A stretch of 64,000 nt of DNA, taken from contig NC_045696.1 of NCBI RefSeq assembly GCF_009834535.1, positions 92,816,001-92,880,000 of the forward strand. Reading direction: 5' to 3'. Origin of the DNA: Camelus ferus. Taxonomy: Eukaryota. The position numbers were made by a program, and so were the translations under genes. The notes under the pieces were generated by a model, which worked only from the letters and a program-made list of their open reading frames with translations, was not told the DNA's origin and did not search any database. This document shows, piece by piece, positions 24,042 through 38,289 of the stretch. Numbering within the stretch: the stretch's first letter is position 1; each line of letters starts with the position of its first letter.

Positions 24042-24169
24042 GTCTTAAACCATTGTTTCATATATTTTGTTCATTTTTTTTAAGGTGGGTGACCCTATCT
24101 TGGCCAGAAGTGGAAATCCCTTTTCTGAGTTATTCATTTTGTTTATTTTTCTGTGTACTAAGAATCAAC

Positions 24170-25400
24170 TTGTCTACCTGTAGAACACCTTTTTTTTTTT
24201 TTGGCTTATGGGATTTTCTTTCCCATTATATCTTCTAGCTGGTTACTATATAATTATACAAAAATTATTTTGTAGGTTAATTTTATAGCTTTCTGCATTA
24301 CTAAATTATACAAATCTTTACTTTGATTATCTTGGGTTTTACAAGTATACTGTTGCATAATCTATGAATAGAAAAATAGTTATATCTAATTTTCATGTCT
24401 TTAGTTGCTTTTTTCTTGTCTGAGGCATTGGCTAGTGCCTCTTCTAATACGGTGTTATATAAAGAAAGCTGGTGTCTTTGCCTCATTTCAGACCTTAGTC
24501 AAATGATTCTGTTTCCCCATTAAATAAGATACTGGCTTTAGGACTGACAGACATGCACACACATACAAACATCAATTTTTGAGTTTCTTTTTTGAAGTCA
24601 GGAACAGTATTGAATTCTGTTGGAGGCCCTTTTAGTATTTCTAGAGGTCACTGTATGGTTTTTCTTCTTAAATCTGTTAAAATGGTGAATTACACTAATG
24701 AAGGTGTACTGTCTAAAAGTGAACCACTCTTGTATTCCTAGAAAAAATTTCGACTTGTTAATGCAACATTTTTTCTTATTTACTTTTTATATATGATTTT
24801 ACATCAATATTCATAAGTGCGGTTTGTAGCACCATCACTCTGTCTTTCTTAAAGTTAAGTTTATGTATCAGTATTGTCTGCTTCATAAAATGAATTTGGC
24901 AATTTATGCTTTTTCCTGTTTACTCTGGAGCAATTTTATTTGCATAGTTCTTTGAAGGCTTGGTGGAATTTCCCCCATGAAACCATATGGGTCTGGTGGT
25001 GCTTTATGGCAGTAGTTTATTTGGAGGAGTAATTTTTTAAATTCTTCTGTGAAAATTGATGTTTAAGGTTACTATCTATAGTGGGGTCAATTTTGGGAAA
25101 TTTTTTTTTTTTTTTTTTTTTAGAAAAGTGTCCCTTTTATCTAGGTTTTCAGATTTATTTGCTTAGAGTTGGTGAAAGATTGTCTTTTAATATTTTAAAA
25201 ATCTCTGTTTCAATGTTCTTTCCCTTTTGCAGTTTTTTATTTTGTTTATTTCTACTTTGTCATTTGTTTTTCTTAAGTAGGTTTGTTATTGGGTTTTTCA
25301 GTCTATTTTATTGATGTTTTCTACCAAGGAATCTGCATTTTAAATTTTATTTAGTATTCTTATTTAAAAAAAGTTTGTTTTCTTCCCTTTCTGCTTTCTT
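24170..25400 (-). mobile_element. Ancient L1 ORF2 fragments
   Basis: T-rich degenerate ORF2 motifs (gcattggctagtgcctcttctaatac, cttcataaaatgaatttggc, tggtggaatttcccccatgaaaccat). Confidence 0.72.
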
Positions 25401-25499
25401 AGGGTTTACTAGCCTTTTAGATGGTTGTTTCTTTCTGAGAGAGGTTTTTGTCTGTTTTTCACCATCTCTAGGGCCCTACTATCACCCTCTTCTCTCTCT

Positions 25500-25630
25500 T
25501 TTTTTTTTTTAAATAGACTTTATTCTTTTAGAGCATTTTCAAGTTCACAGCAGAACTGAACAGAAAATACAGAGTTCGCATATAGCCCTCCACACCTATA
25601 CATATATACTCCCCTACCCTCACATCCCTC
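25500..25630 (-). mobile_element. L1MC/L1MD-like 3' terminus
   Basis: poly-T + aaatagactttattcttttagagcattttcaagttcacagcagaactgaacagaaaatacagagttc. Confidence 0.75.
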
Positions 25631-25879
25631 ATACGCTCTTCTCTTTTTTATGCAATTGACGTCTCATTCTGGGACTGGCTATACTGGATGATGTCATTTA
25701 TCTTATCACTTATATGTAAATCAAAATTTGTTGTATACTCTGACTCTCAGCTATGCTTTGGGAGTGAGTTATACATGGTATTATTTGCTCATCTTTGGTG
25801 ACGAGGTGGACAGATCCAGATTCAGGGAGTTGCTTTAAGCTGCAAAGATTCTGAAAGTACAAGATTGACCCAATAAAGT

Positions 25880-27400
25880 GGTACAGGAGACCTCTAAAGG
25901 GGGATATTTTAGATAGAAGGAACTAAGAAGGCCTTTATAAGAGGTGACACTTGAGTAAACTCCTGAATGATGTGAGAAAGTGACCATATAAGAGTTAAAG
26001 GAGTACTAGGACATGGAGCCAGAGAAGTGGCCACGGGTCAGACCATGGGATTCAGGTTTTTTCTTTCCCAAGGGTGACTGGAAGCCATTGGAGGGTGTTT
26101 TAGGGAGGAGTGACAGAGTTCTCTTTAGAGGGACCTCTTGGGCTGCATCACAGAAGATGGGCTTCATAAGTTAAGAGAAACTGGGAGACTAATTGCAGTG
26201 TCATTGTATGATATGAGATGATGGTGACTGAACTGGAATGGTAACGGGGCAGCTGTGAGAAGTGATCAGACTTAAGGGTTTACTGACTGGGACCTCCTGA
26301 TGGGTTGGATGTGAGATGTGCAAGAGAACTGTCCAGGATAAACAGAGTGATGGTGCTGCCATTTTCTGAGATGGAAAGACATGACTGAAGAATAGGTTGT
26401 GGTGGTGGTGGTGGTAGGTGTCAATAATTCTTCTCTGGACGTGTTAAGATTGATGTGTATTAGATGAGTGGTGTATATGTTGACAGGCACTTTGAATACT
26501 CAATTTTGAAGACTCAATTCAGGTGAGAGGTCATAGCTTTGTAGGTAGACATTTTTGAAATCAGCATATTTAAAATCGTAGTAACTTGCTAAGCTCTCTA
26601 AGGAATGAGTGAAAGAAGGTCACAGACTGAGTCATGGGTTTCTCCAGATTTAATGCTCAGGGAAAGGAGGAACCAAACAAAAGAAACCAAGGAAGACTGG
26701 CCACTATGATATGAGAAACATCGGGAGAATATGGTGTCGTAGGAGCCATGGGGAGTCAGGGGAATACTTTCAAGGAGAAGGGTGTAGTCAGCTGGATCAA
26801 ATGCTACTGCGGAGTTAAATACAATGAATATTAAGAAATGGCCATTGGATTTGGTAACATGGAGGTCATGGGCATGCTTGATTAGCATGGTTTCAGTGGA
26901 GTGATAGAGAGAGAAGGCTGGTTGGAATGGATTTAGGAGAGAGTAGGAGGGAAGAAGTGGAAAGAGAAAGACAGTTGTTTTCGAGGAGTTTTTCCCTAAA
27001 GATTATAATATAGAGACATGGGGTGGTCACTAGAGATGGATGTGGGGTCAAGGGGTTGAATTTTTAAGGGACTTTTTTATAGCACATTTGAAAACTATTA
27101 CGTTTCATCTAGTAGAGAGAAAACAAATTGATGATGCAGGAGATAGAAGCAATGCTGTGGACATAATAAAGATAAGGATGGTGGATGGAACGAGTAATTT
27201 CTCTGCCTGTGTCTCCTATTGGTGAAATTAGAAACAAAGTTATCAGCTGAGAGTGGGAAGGATATTGGAGATTTCAAAAGAAGAGTTATAGAGAAGTCAC
27301 TTTGGAGCGTGGTGGGATGAACTAAGGAGGGCACATTTGAAGACTGAGGACATAACTTTAAAAATAATCCTTGTTCCTGTGTTTTGTTCTTGCCAATGTT
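25880..27400 (-). mobile_element. L2 LINE, long degenerate fragment
   Basis: tcaaatgctactgcggagttaaat, ccattggatttggtaacatggaggtcatggg, gtttcagtggagtgat are typical L2 motifs. Confidence 0.82.
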
Positions 27401-28699
27401 AAGTCAGTGTCACCAGGAATGATGACAGGAGTAGAAGAGGAGCTTGGTGCAGAAATCGTCAGTGAAAGAGCGGGTGCCTGAACAGGTGGTATGTGACTGA
27501 CTACAGTGAGGCGAGGTGGCAGGTGTTGTAAGTGGAGGTGTGTGCTTTAGTTTTGTGGGAGGGAGCATGGTTTGAAAGCAGCAGTGAGGAGAAGTAAATG
27601 GGATAAAGTACTTAAAGATCTTCCTGCATGTAATCACTCTGTAAATGGTAGATAGCAGCTTCTTCTAAATGCTTGGTGAATAAGTGATCTTGAAGATGTA
27701 GTGCTAGGTTCAGAGGGGACTCAGAAAATGTGAATGTGTTCCAGAGGGTCCCAAACAAAAACCAAAACTCTCCCTTTGCTGATCTGAAGGGAAATGTTAA
27801 TCTCCCATGGCTGAGTGTGGATTTGTCCTACTGACTCTACAGAACTAGTAGATAACAGTCTGAGGTAGCCATCTGCCATGCTGGCTGCTTTGTGTGCATT
27901 AGATAAATGATGCTGTGTGAATGTAGATTATTAGCAAGCTATAAAGGACCACATGTGAGAAGTTTAACGTTGTGCTTTATAAATGTTATAGCTGTTTGAG
28001 GGCTAGAGCGGCATGAGTGATTAAAGTTAACTGGCTTTCATTGACCAAACGCTCCAGGAATGCTTGGAAAAATGAGATGGAGGGTTAGATGTAAAGTCAA
28101 ATAAATGCAGACATCCTACTTGGACTTTGCTCTGTCCTCCTGCTCATTTAGAATGATCTGATCATTATGTTCGCTGAGAAAGTCAAATTAATAAGCGTGT
28201 TCTGCATGGTTAACTGCATGGGTCCAAAGGCTTGAAGGCATAACTTACATATTTTTAGAGATTCCTGGAGGGAGGGAAGCCTAGGGAGTTGAGACTTGAA
28301 GAATGGAGGCCAAGAGATAGACACGCAGGTTTCCTATTAGTTTATCTTAGCTGAGACTTGATCATTTCTGAGAAATGATTTAGAAACAGCACTTCAGAGA
28401 AGATAATTGGAACAACTAATCTGCCTATTGATTAAAGTGGAAGAAGGAAGCAGGGATTTCTTTTATTAATATTTCATGTGGGATCAGCTGGTAAGTAATA
28501 TCATTTTGAAACAAGGTGATCCAGAAGTAATGGGAAAAAAGAATGGAGGATATTTACTCAGTTAACTCACTGAAGGACATTGAACTTGAGAGATTTTTTT
28601 CATATTAAGATATTCTTATCAATTTAAAAAATTAATATAAGCTTATCACTGGGAAATTTAATGATACAGAGGTATATGAAATAGAATGTAAAAGTCCTT

Positions 28700-29480
28700 T
28701 TTTGAGCTATCCATCTCTGCTCCCCACTGGCTGTTCCATCCTTTGTAGGTATTCACAATTGACAGTTTTGTGTATGTCTTTCCCAAATTTACTTGTGCAC
28801 CTGCAAACATACTTCATCGTAAAAATAAAAATGTATGATCTTATACATTCTGCTTGATTAATTGGTTTTGTTTTACTTCCTTCTCTCTGTACACACAAAA
28901 CACACATATTCATGTCATTAAATACACATCTGCCTCATTCTTTTTAACATTTCTCAAAATGATGGCTGTACCATATTTTAAAAATCTGGTTCTCTGTTGA
29001 TGGATGTTCAACTTATTTGCTCTTGGAAGTCATCCTATGACAAATACTCATTTATATATGCCTTTGTGTCTTTGTGCAGTGTGTAAACTCCAAGCTTTGA
29101 ATTTGCAGGCTTAAAGAATAGGAACATTTTTAGATGTGGCTTAATTTCCCCAGTCTATGGGACTGTCTGCTTACCTACACTCTAGCCAACACTGGATAAT
29201 ATCAGCCCTTTAAATCCAGCCAGCGGTGGAATATCCCTGTTTTACTGTGCATTTCTGGAATCATTAGCATTGTTGAGCCTTTTTTCGTGTTTATTGGTAA
29301 TTTCCTCTTCTATATATTGTCTATAACCATTTTTATGTTGGTTTATCTTTTTCTTACTGACTCGTAATAGCTCATTGGCTATGAGGCAGATGCAGTATCC
29401 GTCACATATGTTGAAAATATATTTACTCATTTTCTTTTAAATTCTGACTTTGTTGATGGTGTGTTTTGCCTTGTCTTTAT
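28700..29480 (-). mobile_element. Ancient L1 (L1ME-like) fragments
   Basis: ctgttgatggatgttc, tctagccaacactggataatatc, gtgtttattggtaatttcctcttct. Confidence 0.68.
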
Positions 29481-29684
29481 TTTCAAAGAAAATTCCAGTT
29501 TGGCGGCTTGAGGCCAATTCCAGGCTCCCAATGACATTTGATCTGTGAGGCCTCCATTCCCCTGGCCGAAGCAGGACCCGCTGTAGGTTAGCTCCTCTGG
29601 CCGGCTCTCCGAGACAGCAGAAGCCACTGAGTGCTTGTCTGGGACGCCCTTAGATTATCGCATCACTGACGGGCAATGGATTTT

Positions 29685-29890
29685 AGTAACAAGAGCATGG
29701 ATTTTGAGGCAGAAGTTCTTGGTTTGGGTTTTCTCGTGCTGTACCCTGATAGTGTGACCTTTGGTGAGTTTCACTTTTGAAACGAGGATGAAATGCCTGT
29801 CACATCTCACAGGGCTGCTGTGATAGTCACGTGATACAATGAAAGTAAACTGGTATGTTATAAAGGGTTCTGTACATATGGTTACTAGTC
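29685..29890 (+). mobile_element. MIR SINE (degenerate)
   Basis: aagagcatggattttgaggcaga...gtgtgacctttggtgagtt...ctcacagggctgctgtga. Confidence 0.68.
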
Positions 29891-30589
29891 ATGGGATAAT
29901 TTTTGTTTTTTGATTTTTTGGCTAGTAAGGAGCTGTTTGAGGAAGACCAGGAACAGGAAGTTGTAAAAGTGTCTCTCCCCTCCAGTGCTTCCCTAGATCA
30001 CACATTCACTGAGTCTTGTTAATTCTACTTCTCAATAGACTTGGAATTGTTCTCTTTCCTTCCATTCCCACTATAACCATCCTAGTCCAAATCAAAGATT
30101 AAAGATGGGTCAGCTGGGAAGCTATGTGATAAGGGAGTGATAAAATGACTAGAAATATGATGGAGAAAACTGGTTGGAAGTCATTAGGGGGTAGGAAGTG
30201 AGACCGCTGTTCCCCGCACCTCCACAGCAGGGTTGCTCTGTACTGTTGCGTAGGGTGTGCACTGTGCTACTTGTGGTCTGCACAGCCAGCGCACCACATG
30301 TGCTGGCCCTGCCTGCTGGGTATGCACTCCTCTGATGGTCCCTGGCCTCCTTGTAGGGAGGACAAGGTCTGCTGAGTGGCAGGGTTTGTTCTGTTGATCA
30401 GGGTGGTGTTTGGGGGCCCAGACAATTCCTTAGGTCTCTGGTGAAATTTCTTGGCCTCACTTTCCTCCAGCACTTACAGACATGTCTCTAAATCCATGTC
30501 AAACAAATACCTGAAGACTCCAAATTATGAGCACACCCAGCTCAGCTCCGCTTGTGACCCCTTGTGTGGCTGTATTTCTTCAACTGTCC

Positions 30590-31135
30590 TCTCAGCCCCA
30601 CTCTTGTCCTCCCACAGCATCCTCTAAATCACCACCAGGCTGATCTTTAGGAAGGATGAATCTTGTCATGTTACCTCCCAGCTTAAAAGCTATGGGTGGA
30701 CTTGTGTTTCTCTGATTACAAAGACCAAGATCCTTAGTGTGTGGCCCAAGAGACCCTACGAGGTCTGCCCTGTGTCCCGTCCCACTGCATTGTCCCAGTG
30801 CTCCTGCACGTGTCCGTCCCTGTAATGGGCTTTTCCCTCCCACCTTTTCCCTGTCTAACTGCTGCTCAGTCTGAGCTCAGATGAAAAGCCACCTCCACTG
30901 AGAAGCCTCCCCTGTCAGCCTAGACTACGTCAGGTCCTCTGTCATGTGCTTTCTCTTTGTGTCCTGCTCTTTTTACAGCATGTTTGACAGATATTATGAA
31001 ATGATGTGTTGTCTAATTTGTTGGGTATTGTCAATTACTCTTCACTTTTTCTGTCATGTTCATTATTACACCCTTAGTACCTCGAAATACATCTTGTACA
31101 GAGTAGAAACTATTTATTTGCTGAAAGATAAAATG
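30590..31135 (+). mobile_element. L2 3' region
   Basis: tcatgttacctcccagcttaaaa, ctcagatgaaaagccacctccactgagaagcctcccctg, tail tatttgctgaaagataaaatggatgg. Confidence 0.72.
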
Positions 31136-32689
31136 GATGGCTACATAAGTAATTGGGGCATTTGGGGAAATTGAAAATGTGACCAGGCCTTTTTCCCTGT
31201 TGGAAGCTGACATTCACCAAGTCGGGGCGGTACACTTTGTGAAGGAGAAGCCTCCTTTTTCTGGGAAATGTACCAAAACCAGACACCCATAAACATACCT
31301 AGGCTGTGAATTGTCCCACCTGCTCTTAAGCTGCCTTTTAGGGACTTGTTTTCCCTTTCCAGGTACCAGCATCTCATGGTGGTGCTGCCTGTGTTTGTTG
31401 GTTTCTTTGTTTTTTATTCCAACTTGATGAATGTAAGACTGAAGTTGGGTACCAGGAAATCTCCAACAGCACCACCCTTGGCCCCTGGGGTTGGGGAAGA
31501 GTTTAAATTCCCGAGCTGTGACTCTCTGGATACAGTCTCCCGGGCTAATGTAGCAGAGCTGTCTCTACTCCCAGGGCGAGGGGATTTTTAGATGGCTGTA
31601 TCATTAAATTAGGCTTTTTTCTCTCATTTGACCAATGAGTCAAATTTTCAAGCCTTCAGAGCTGTCGGTTTGAAAACACGTACAGAGTCCTCTTTCTTAC
31701 TGCCTTTGTGTAAACTCGGCAGGTTGAGGACACAAATTGCTCTTTCTAAGAACCCTGCCAAAATGTCTCTGCTACATATGGTGAGGACTGACTATATTAA
31801 GGCAATGGAAGAGAACAGGTTAAGTGCCCCACATTTAAGATGCTACTTCTGACAGAGGCTCAGAAATTCTTAGTACTGGGTTAGATATTCCATTAGATGC
31901 TTAAGGCCACTTGGTGAGTGACTAAAAGAATTAATGTTTACTCTTCACACAATCATTTCTTTCCTCTCGCCTCTGGGGTTTTAAATTTTTTCTTGATTTT
32001 TAAAGCATTTGAAGTTCTGATTAAGTTTTAGAGTGAGGGCATGGGATAAATTTAAGTGTTTGCTGGTTTGACCTTTTCCATGTCAAAGATTGTGTGGGTC
32101 TTGCTTTACCAGGAACCTTTGTATTCTGTGTTCTTCCCTAAAGCTCAATGTACATCTTTTTTTTTTTTTCTCTCGGATCTCCTAAATTGGCTGCTTTGTT
32201 GTTCTGCAAAGAAAATGCAGTTTCCTGTTAATAATGTTCTTTGATCTAGCTAAAAGATTCTGCAAGTTTGGGAGACAGAGGTTTAGGAAATTGCCTTGGC
32301 TGATAGTGCTGTTTCCAGGAACATTGTTGTTAGAGTACCTTTGAATGAAGCCGTCAAGCATCTTTTATCCTGGGACTGTTAAAGTGTATGTAGGGAGTTA
32401 TTTAAATTGTTAGGAGCACAAATGCTTGTTGTTATGCTGGATGGGAGAGCACATTCATTTTCTTTATTGACTCTCAGGTTAAGAATACATACATTTTTTA
32501 TTAGCTAAGCTTCTACATCTTCAGCCTGCTGGATAGGAAAAGCAAATGAAGTTGGCCCTGCATGATACAGCATTGATATAAAATTGGTTCACTCTGTGGG
32601 AAGCGTTGGAAACCAAGAATGAAGGTGATGGGTAACTTGGCACAGCTGCAAGGAGTCTTGGCTCCACGTCGGTATTTGTTCTGGTGTTT

Positions 32690-32810
32690 CCTTCTATTGA
32701 GCAGACGTGAGTCGCTAAGCCTAGGCCATATCCAAGAGCTGGGGAAGCGGACTTGATCTCTCCGTGAAGGGAGTGTCAAAGAATTTGTGGATATAGCTTA
32801 AACCACCACA
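32690..32810 (-). mobile_element. MaLR LTR (MLT1F/G-like) 5' fragment
   Basis: gggagtgtcaaagaatttgtgg...aaaccaccaca terminus. Confidence 0.6.
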
Positions 32811-33548
32811 GGTATGTGTGGTAATGTGTCCTGGACTCCATTGCTTCATTGAACTATTTTATCAAGAGCCAGCCCTGCAGAACTGGGTCAAAGACTGTCA
32901 GAGGCACAATGTGTTCAGGGTTTACAGTTTTCAAAGTTAGTGACGCGTAGGGGCGTGAACTTGGGGCAGGAGGGAGGCTGTGCAGGAAATGAGGCTGGCC
33001 GGGTAGGAGGCTGCTCCAGGAACGCCTTGATTGATGTTCTCTGCTTAGGCCTGTGTTTTCCAAACTGTGGTGACCTTACCCTGTGGGTCATTTGGACGAG
33101 TGTCAGGATAAAAGGGGCTATTCCCAGAAGGCTCGTTTTACTCAAGGAATTTTGAGGGACTCTTACTGTGGAGTTGAGGGTACAGTTTTACATACTTTTA
33201 AGATAAAAGTCTTTATAGGATTTGAGCATGGGAGTTAGGTGATTAGAGCTGCGCATTAAAAAGATGACCATTGTCAGTGCTGAGGAGTGGGGCGGGGGTA
33301 GGACCATGACACTGACTCGCTCCCAGGATATCATTTAAAAGGTAGGGTGTGACAGCCCAAATTAGAGATGAAGGGCTGAGCAGTGAGGGGACAGAGGGGA
33401 GGTACCCAGGAAGGAGAAGGGAAGGTGTGTGGTGTAGGAGACTGGAGGAGTCAGTAGTAGGAAGGTGTCTGGCTTGGGCCAGTGGGTAGTTGGTGATGTC
33501 ACCCACTCATGAGACTGAAACCAGGACAGGGGAAGATGTGTAGGTAGA

Positions 33549-34125
33549 TGTTTTAACCACTTTTTTTTCATTTTCTGTATTCTGATGCTTTCACCTCTGG
33601 GACCTCACTGACTCTGGGGTATCACCCTACCAAGGGTTAGCTCATTCCTAGAGATAAATAACTCACCTGTGGGCATATTTTTCATATACACAAACCAACC
33701 AATCTGGAGTTCTCACCCCCAGCCACCTCCTTTATCATAGTCTCTTATCCCCAGGTCACTGTTCACCTGCCCTAATTACCTAACATGCAGGTACCAGACA
33801 ACTAGGGATAGCTCCTAAAGCCCCACAGCCTGCTACGATTATTTAAACTAGGGAACCCTAAGCTCATTTACCATGCCTCACCTGATCCTTCCCCTGGAAA
33901 CCACAATAAAGGCTCTTGCCCACATTTCACCCTCACCCCCAGCCCCCCTCTTCCTCTGCCTCCTGCCTGACCCCGGTGCTTCCCTGTGTGGCCCATTGCA
34001 GTGCCTCCATTTCTAGGGAGCTGAGAGGATACGGAACGTATTCTTGCATGACAGTCATTTCCATATCTGTGTGTTTTGCCATACATACTGGGATTTTAAA
34101 ACAATTCCCAGGTACTCTTAAAACA
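33549..34125 (+). mobile_element. MER74A-like ERVL solo LTR inserted in an L2
   Basis: tgttttaacca start; tgtattctgatgcttt, caggtaccagacaactaggga, ggaaaccacaataaaggctcttgcccac; ends ttaaaaca; L2 motifs on both sides. Confidence 0.85.
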
Positions 34126-34597
34126 GTGGGGGTGATGGAGGGTTTGGTTTTGCACTTGTTGAGTTGGAAGTGGTCTGGGGTACTTGACTATCTGGATAGA
34201 GATGTCCAGGAGCAGTTGGACGTACAGATTTGGGCTTTAGGGAAGAAGTCTCAATATTTCCTCCCCATTATGTCTCATAGGGTTGTTGTGGGAAATAGGT
34301 GAGATCATGTAGGAAGAAGGGCTTTTGAAAATGATGAAGTGCCATGTCAATAAAAAGTATTCTTTTTTTGTCACTTTCCTTTAGAGTCTAGGGCTGTGTA
34401 CTGTTGACGTAGCTGTCCCTTGCTAAGTGAAAAAGGAATTTTGCCTTATCCTCTTGTTTGACAGTCCCTATTCAGACAGAAACTTTTTATAAGAGTGTCC
34501 TTGGCTGGATGTCACTTCCATCATACTGGCTTGGGTTTGGTTTTTAAAAGAGCAGCCTGTCCTAGCAACAGAAGAGGGGAATATTAGGAAGTGAATA

Positions 34598-34818
34598 CAG
34601 TTGATCCTTGAACAACATGAGTTTGAACTGCATGGGTCGACTTGTACACAGATTTTTAAAAATAAATACTATAGTACTATATGATCCTCAGTTGGTTGAT
34701 TCTGTGGATACGGAACCACAAATACAGAGAGTTGGCCAACTGTGGGACTTGAACATCTGAACACTTTGTTTTCCACTGCGAGTCCTGGAACCAATCCCCA
34801 GTGGACACTGAGGGACTG
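34598..34818. mobile_element. MER8/Tigger2-like TcMar MITE
   Basis: cagttgatccttgaacaacatgagtttgaactgc ... ggaaccaatccccagtggacactgagggactg; TA on both sides. Confidence 0.83.
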
Positions 34819-35633
34819 TATTTTCCTTTCTTCTGATCCAGAGATAGTAACTGGAAGTATAAAAGAAAAATAAACATGATTTAGCATAAAATCAAGATTT
34901 GAACTTCCCTTCTTGGAAATTCTTCTCCTTCTCCTCCTTCAAAAAATTGTTTTATTTTATTTGTTTTGGAATTAGTACTTTTAGACTTAATAAGTTCACT
35001 TCAAGTATTTCTTAAATTGGGGATTAAATAGCTCTAGGCCCCAGAGATCACAGAGAGTGGTGAGGGCTGTGACTTTGGAGAGTGGGACCATGTAACCCCA
35101 CCCTCCACATCCCTTCATCTTTCCCTAGTTTTGTGTTTGTCCCCTTCTGTGTTACAAGGTCAAGGTGCTACGTCTGTGATTATACCTATCTGTCTTGCCT
35201 ATCCGGTAACGTCACTGACTCTTCATTCCAGTGACTCTGGTTTTAATTTGGAATTCAAAATAAAAAGCTGATAATCCAACAGTGGAAACCAATTCAGGAT
35301 GCGTTTTCAAGTTAATTTTCTTTTCTGGGCCTAATAACAATCAGGGACTAGGCAGGCTTTTCCATGTTATAACATGCCATTGGTCAGGCGGGACCAGCCA
35401 ACAAAAAAGGAAGAAAAAAAACCACTCAACTAAGTAAACCTTAGTACCTGACTGCAGCTTATTTCTTTATTCTTCAGTGATATATTTATTTGTTCATTTA
35501 TTCAACAAATACTTACTGAGCATGCCAAGTTCTGTTGTATACATTGGGGAAATACAATGATGGCAGAACTAGATATGATTATAGGCTACCAGGGATCATG
35601 TTGGCAGGTCTAATTACATGGTAATGCAGAATG

Positions 35634-35818
35634 CAGTAGGCCCTTCATATCCATGGAATTTGATTCAGGTTTGTTTGAATCTGTAGGCATGAAACCCACT
35701 GATATAGGGGGCTGACTGCACTATACCATTTTACAAATAAGGGACTTGAGCATCTGTGTTTTTTGGTATCCACCAGAGGTCTTGGAACCAGTGCCCCGTG
35801 GATACTGAATGACAACTG
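35634..35818. mobile_element. MER2/Tigger3-like TcMar MITE (internally deleted)
   Basis: cagtaggcccttcatatccatgg ... agggacttgagcatc...ccccgtggatactgaatgacaactg. Confidence 0.8.
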
Positions 35819-35919
35819 TGCAACTAATAGAATAATTTTGAGTAGTTCAAGATTAATTTCATGGGAGCTACATTACAATGTCAAGACATTCTGGAGGATT
35901 AATGCCAACAGACATACAG

Positions 35920-36394
35920 ACAATTTATTATCCATTGCCAATAACAAATTACCTGCAAATGAATAACCACTTATTACCTTTCATAACTTCTTTGAGTTGG
36001 GAAATCAGGAATGTCTGGTTCTGGCTTGGGGTGTCTCAGGAGGATGCAGTCATCTGAAGGTTTGACTAGGGTGGGAGCATCTACTTTCAAGGTGGCTTAC
36101 TCGTAATGGTTCTCAAGTTGTTGCTGGTGGGAGGCCTCAGTTTCTCTTCACGTGGGCATCACCACAGGGCTGCTTGAATTTCCTTATGTTGTGGTGTCTG
36201 GTTAACGTCAGAGTGGAATGATCCAAGAAACCAAGTTGGAAGCTGTGAGGCCTTTTAGGATTTAGCTTTGGAAATCACAGGTCACTTGCCATGTGCTATA
36301 GATTGCCGCATTCAACGTAGGAGGAGACTGTACGAAGATACCAGGAGTCAAGGCTATCTGGCTGGGTGTGCTGTCTTGGAGGATGGCTCCCACA
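35920..36394 (-). mobile_element. MaLR solo LTR (MLT1H-like)
   Basis: gcagtcatctgaaggtttgactagg, acagggctgcttga, terminus tcttggaggatggctcccaca. Confidence 0.8.
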
Positions 36395-36419
36395 GGTATT
36401 GTTTTGGAAGTAAGTTCAG

Positions 36420-36925
36420 GGAAAGAACATGAAATCTAAATAACAGAACCTTAAACAAGAATTCACTTTCCTACATGTAAAAATCTTAAGGGTAGGCAGT
36501 CCAGGATTATTGTGGCAATTCTATGCCCTTCCAGATTTCAGGTTTCTTTTATTTTCTCTACATTGTTAAGACTTTTGTAATTATTACACTGTGTAATATT
36601 AGGAAGAAAGAGTAAGGGAGAAGGGGAGGAGCTAAGTTACTTATTTAGGGAAGCCTCGTGGTTATAAGATGGCTGCTGCAGTTCCAGCCATTGTAATCTA
36701 CACCCAGATAGCAGGGAGAATCAAGAATGAAAGGACACCTGTTAACTGAATTAGTTCCCTTGTAGAGTACTTTTCATAGAAATTCACTTGTGAGCTTGCA
36801 ATTAGATCACATGGACCAAAATTAGTCACATGACTGCCCATATGTGCAGAGGAGGCTGGGAAATATTTTTAAGCTAGGCACATGGCCAAAGTGTACCTGT
36901 ACAGGCAATGAGCAGTGTCTGCCTG
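36420..36925 (-). mobile_element. MaLR LTR (MLT1J/K-like), degenerate
   Basis: aagatggctgctgcagttccagcc, tagtcacatgactgccca...gaggctgggaaat. Confidence 0.7.
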
Positions 36926-38289
36926 AGGTTAAAAAAAACTCATGTTCTTTTGCTTCTTGTATAGATTGATTGTGTATTATTAAACCCACTTGTTTTCAAT
37001 AACAAACAATTTGCATATGTGTTTCTGATCACAGTGGCTATTATTTTTAGAAAAATACCTAACAAAACAAAGCCAAAATGTATATTTTCATGGATGAGAT
37101 GATTTCTAGGGTCCCAATGTTTGAGAACCATTTTACCAGCAGAATTTGCTTTCCTAATATACCCATAGACATTCAAATAAAGTTCCTGTATATGACCAGC
37201 TATCTATGTGAATTTTCTGCCACTGTCCAGTCAAGTGCCTGACATCATCCAAAATGGACAGAGAATACTTGTACTTTCTATTCTGTATTTTATAATTGGG
37301 TTAGCTAATTATCATGGCTTTATTTGCTTGTTTGCCTAAAGCCTTATCTCCCTGAACCAGACAATAGGAATGTTTGGTCTTAGTTCTACATTTTGTTCTA
37401 ATTCCCTGCTTATTTAAAAAGCCCAAACATAAATCTAAGTCTAGAAGAGATGAGGGAAAAGGCAAAATTTTCTACTAGGTAGCATGGCAGACAACTATGC
37501 AGGATAAATTGTTAGATTAATCACGAGAAATAAGAAGGGCTTTAGATCACTGATTCTTAAACCATAGTTCCATAAAACAGAATTTGGTGAGCTAAACTCA
37601 GGTTAGTTAGTTAAAATTTGGTTAATGGAGGCTTCCCCACAACCCCTACTACGCAAACTGTAGAAAAATCTAAGTTAGTGGAAGGATATTCTCATATACT
37701 AAAAAAAATTTTTTTTTGGCATCTGTTTCCATGTGAATATAGACCATTGATAAAGGAACACTTGTAACTCTAAAAGGAACAATAATACTAATGGGGAAAA
37801 TCCAAACAGCTGATCATACTTGTTTGATTTCTTTGACACTTTGGCTGTTTGCTGTGTAACTGTCACTGGTTTGCATGACGGAGTTAAGAGTGTGAGCCCT
37901 CCTTGAAGAGCCCAGGTCATGTCCCCAGAAGAACTCTGTGACCTGCTAATGATCTCCTGGCTTTGGAGACGGGGTGCTTTCTGTGATCCTTAACTGGGAA
38001 ATGTACTTCATCTCTGGATGCCACAGGAGTGTTCTACTGAACGTTATTTTAATACATGAAGTCTTGGGAATGCCACTTGTTCTTATATTTGTCTTTTTAA
38101 AGGTGTCTGTTAAAAGTTGGCTATAGAAACTGCCACAGAGTGGAGTCCCTTAGGCTTCTTTAAATGGAAGTGATGGTGGGGGCAGCATGGAAGAATCTGC
38201 AGTTTACTCTGATTTTTTTTTTTTCTGCTTTCATTGTACTTAAAGAATGCAGTGATTTTTAACCCAAGGTAATGTGTGGGCCTTGGAAA

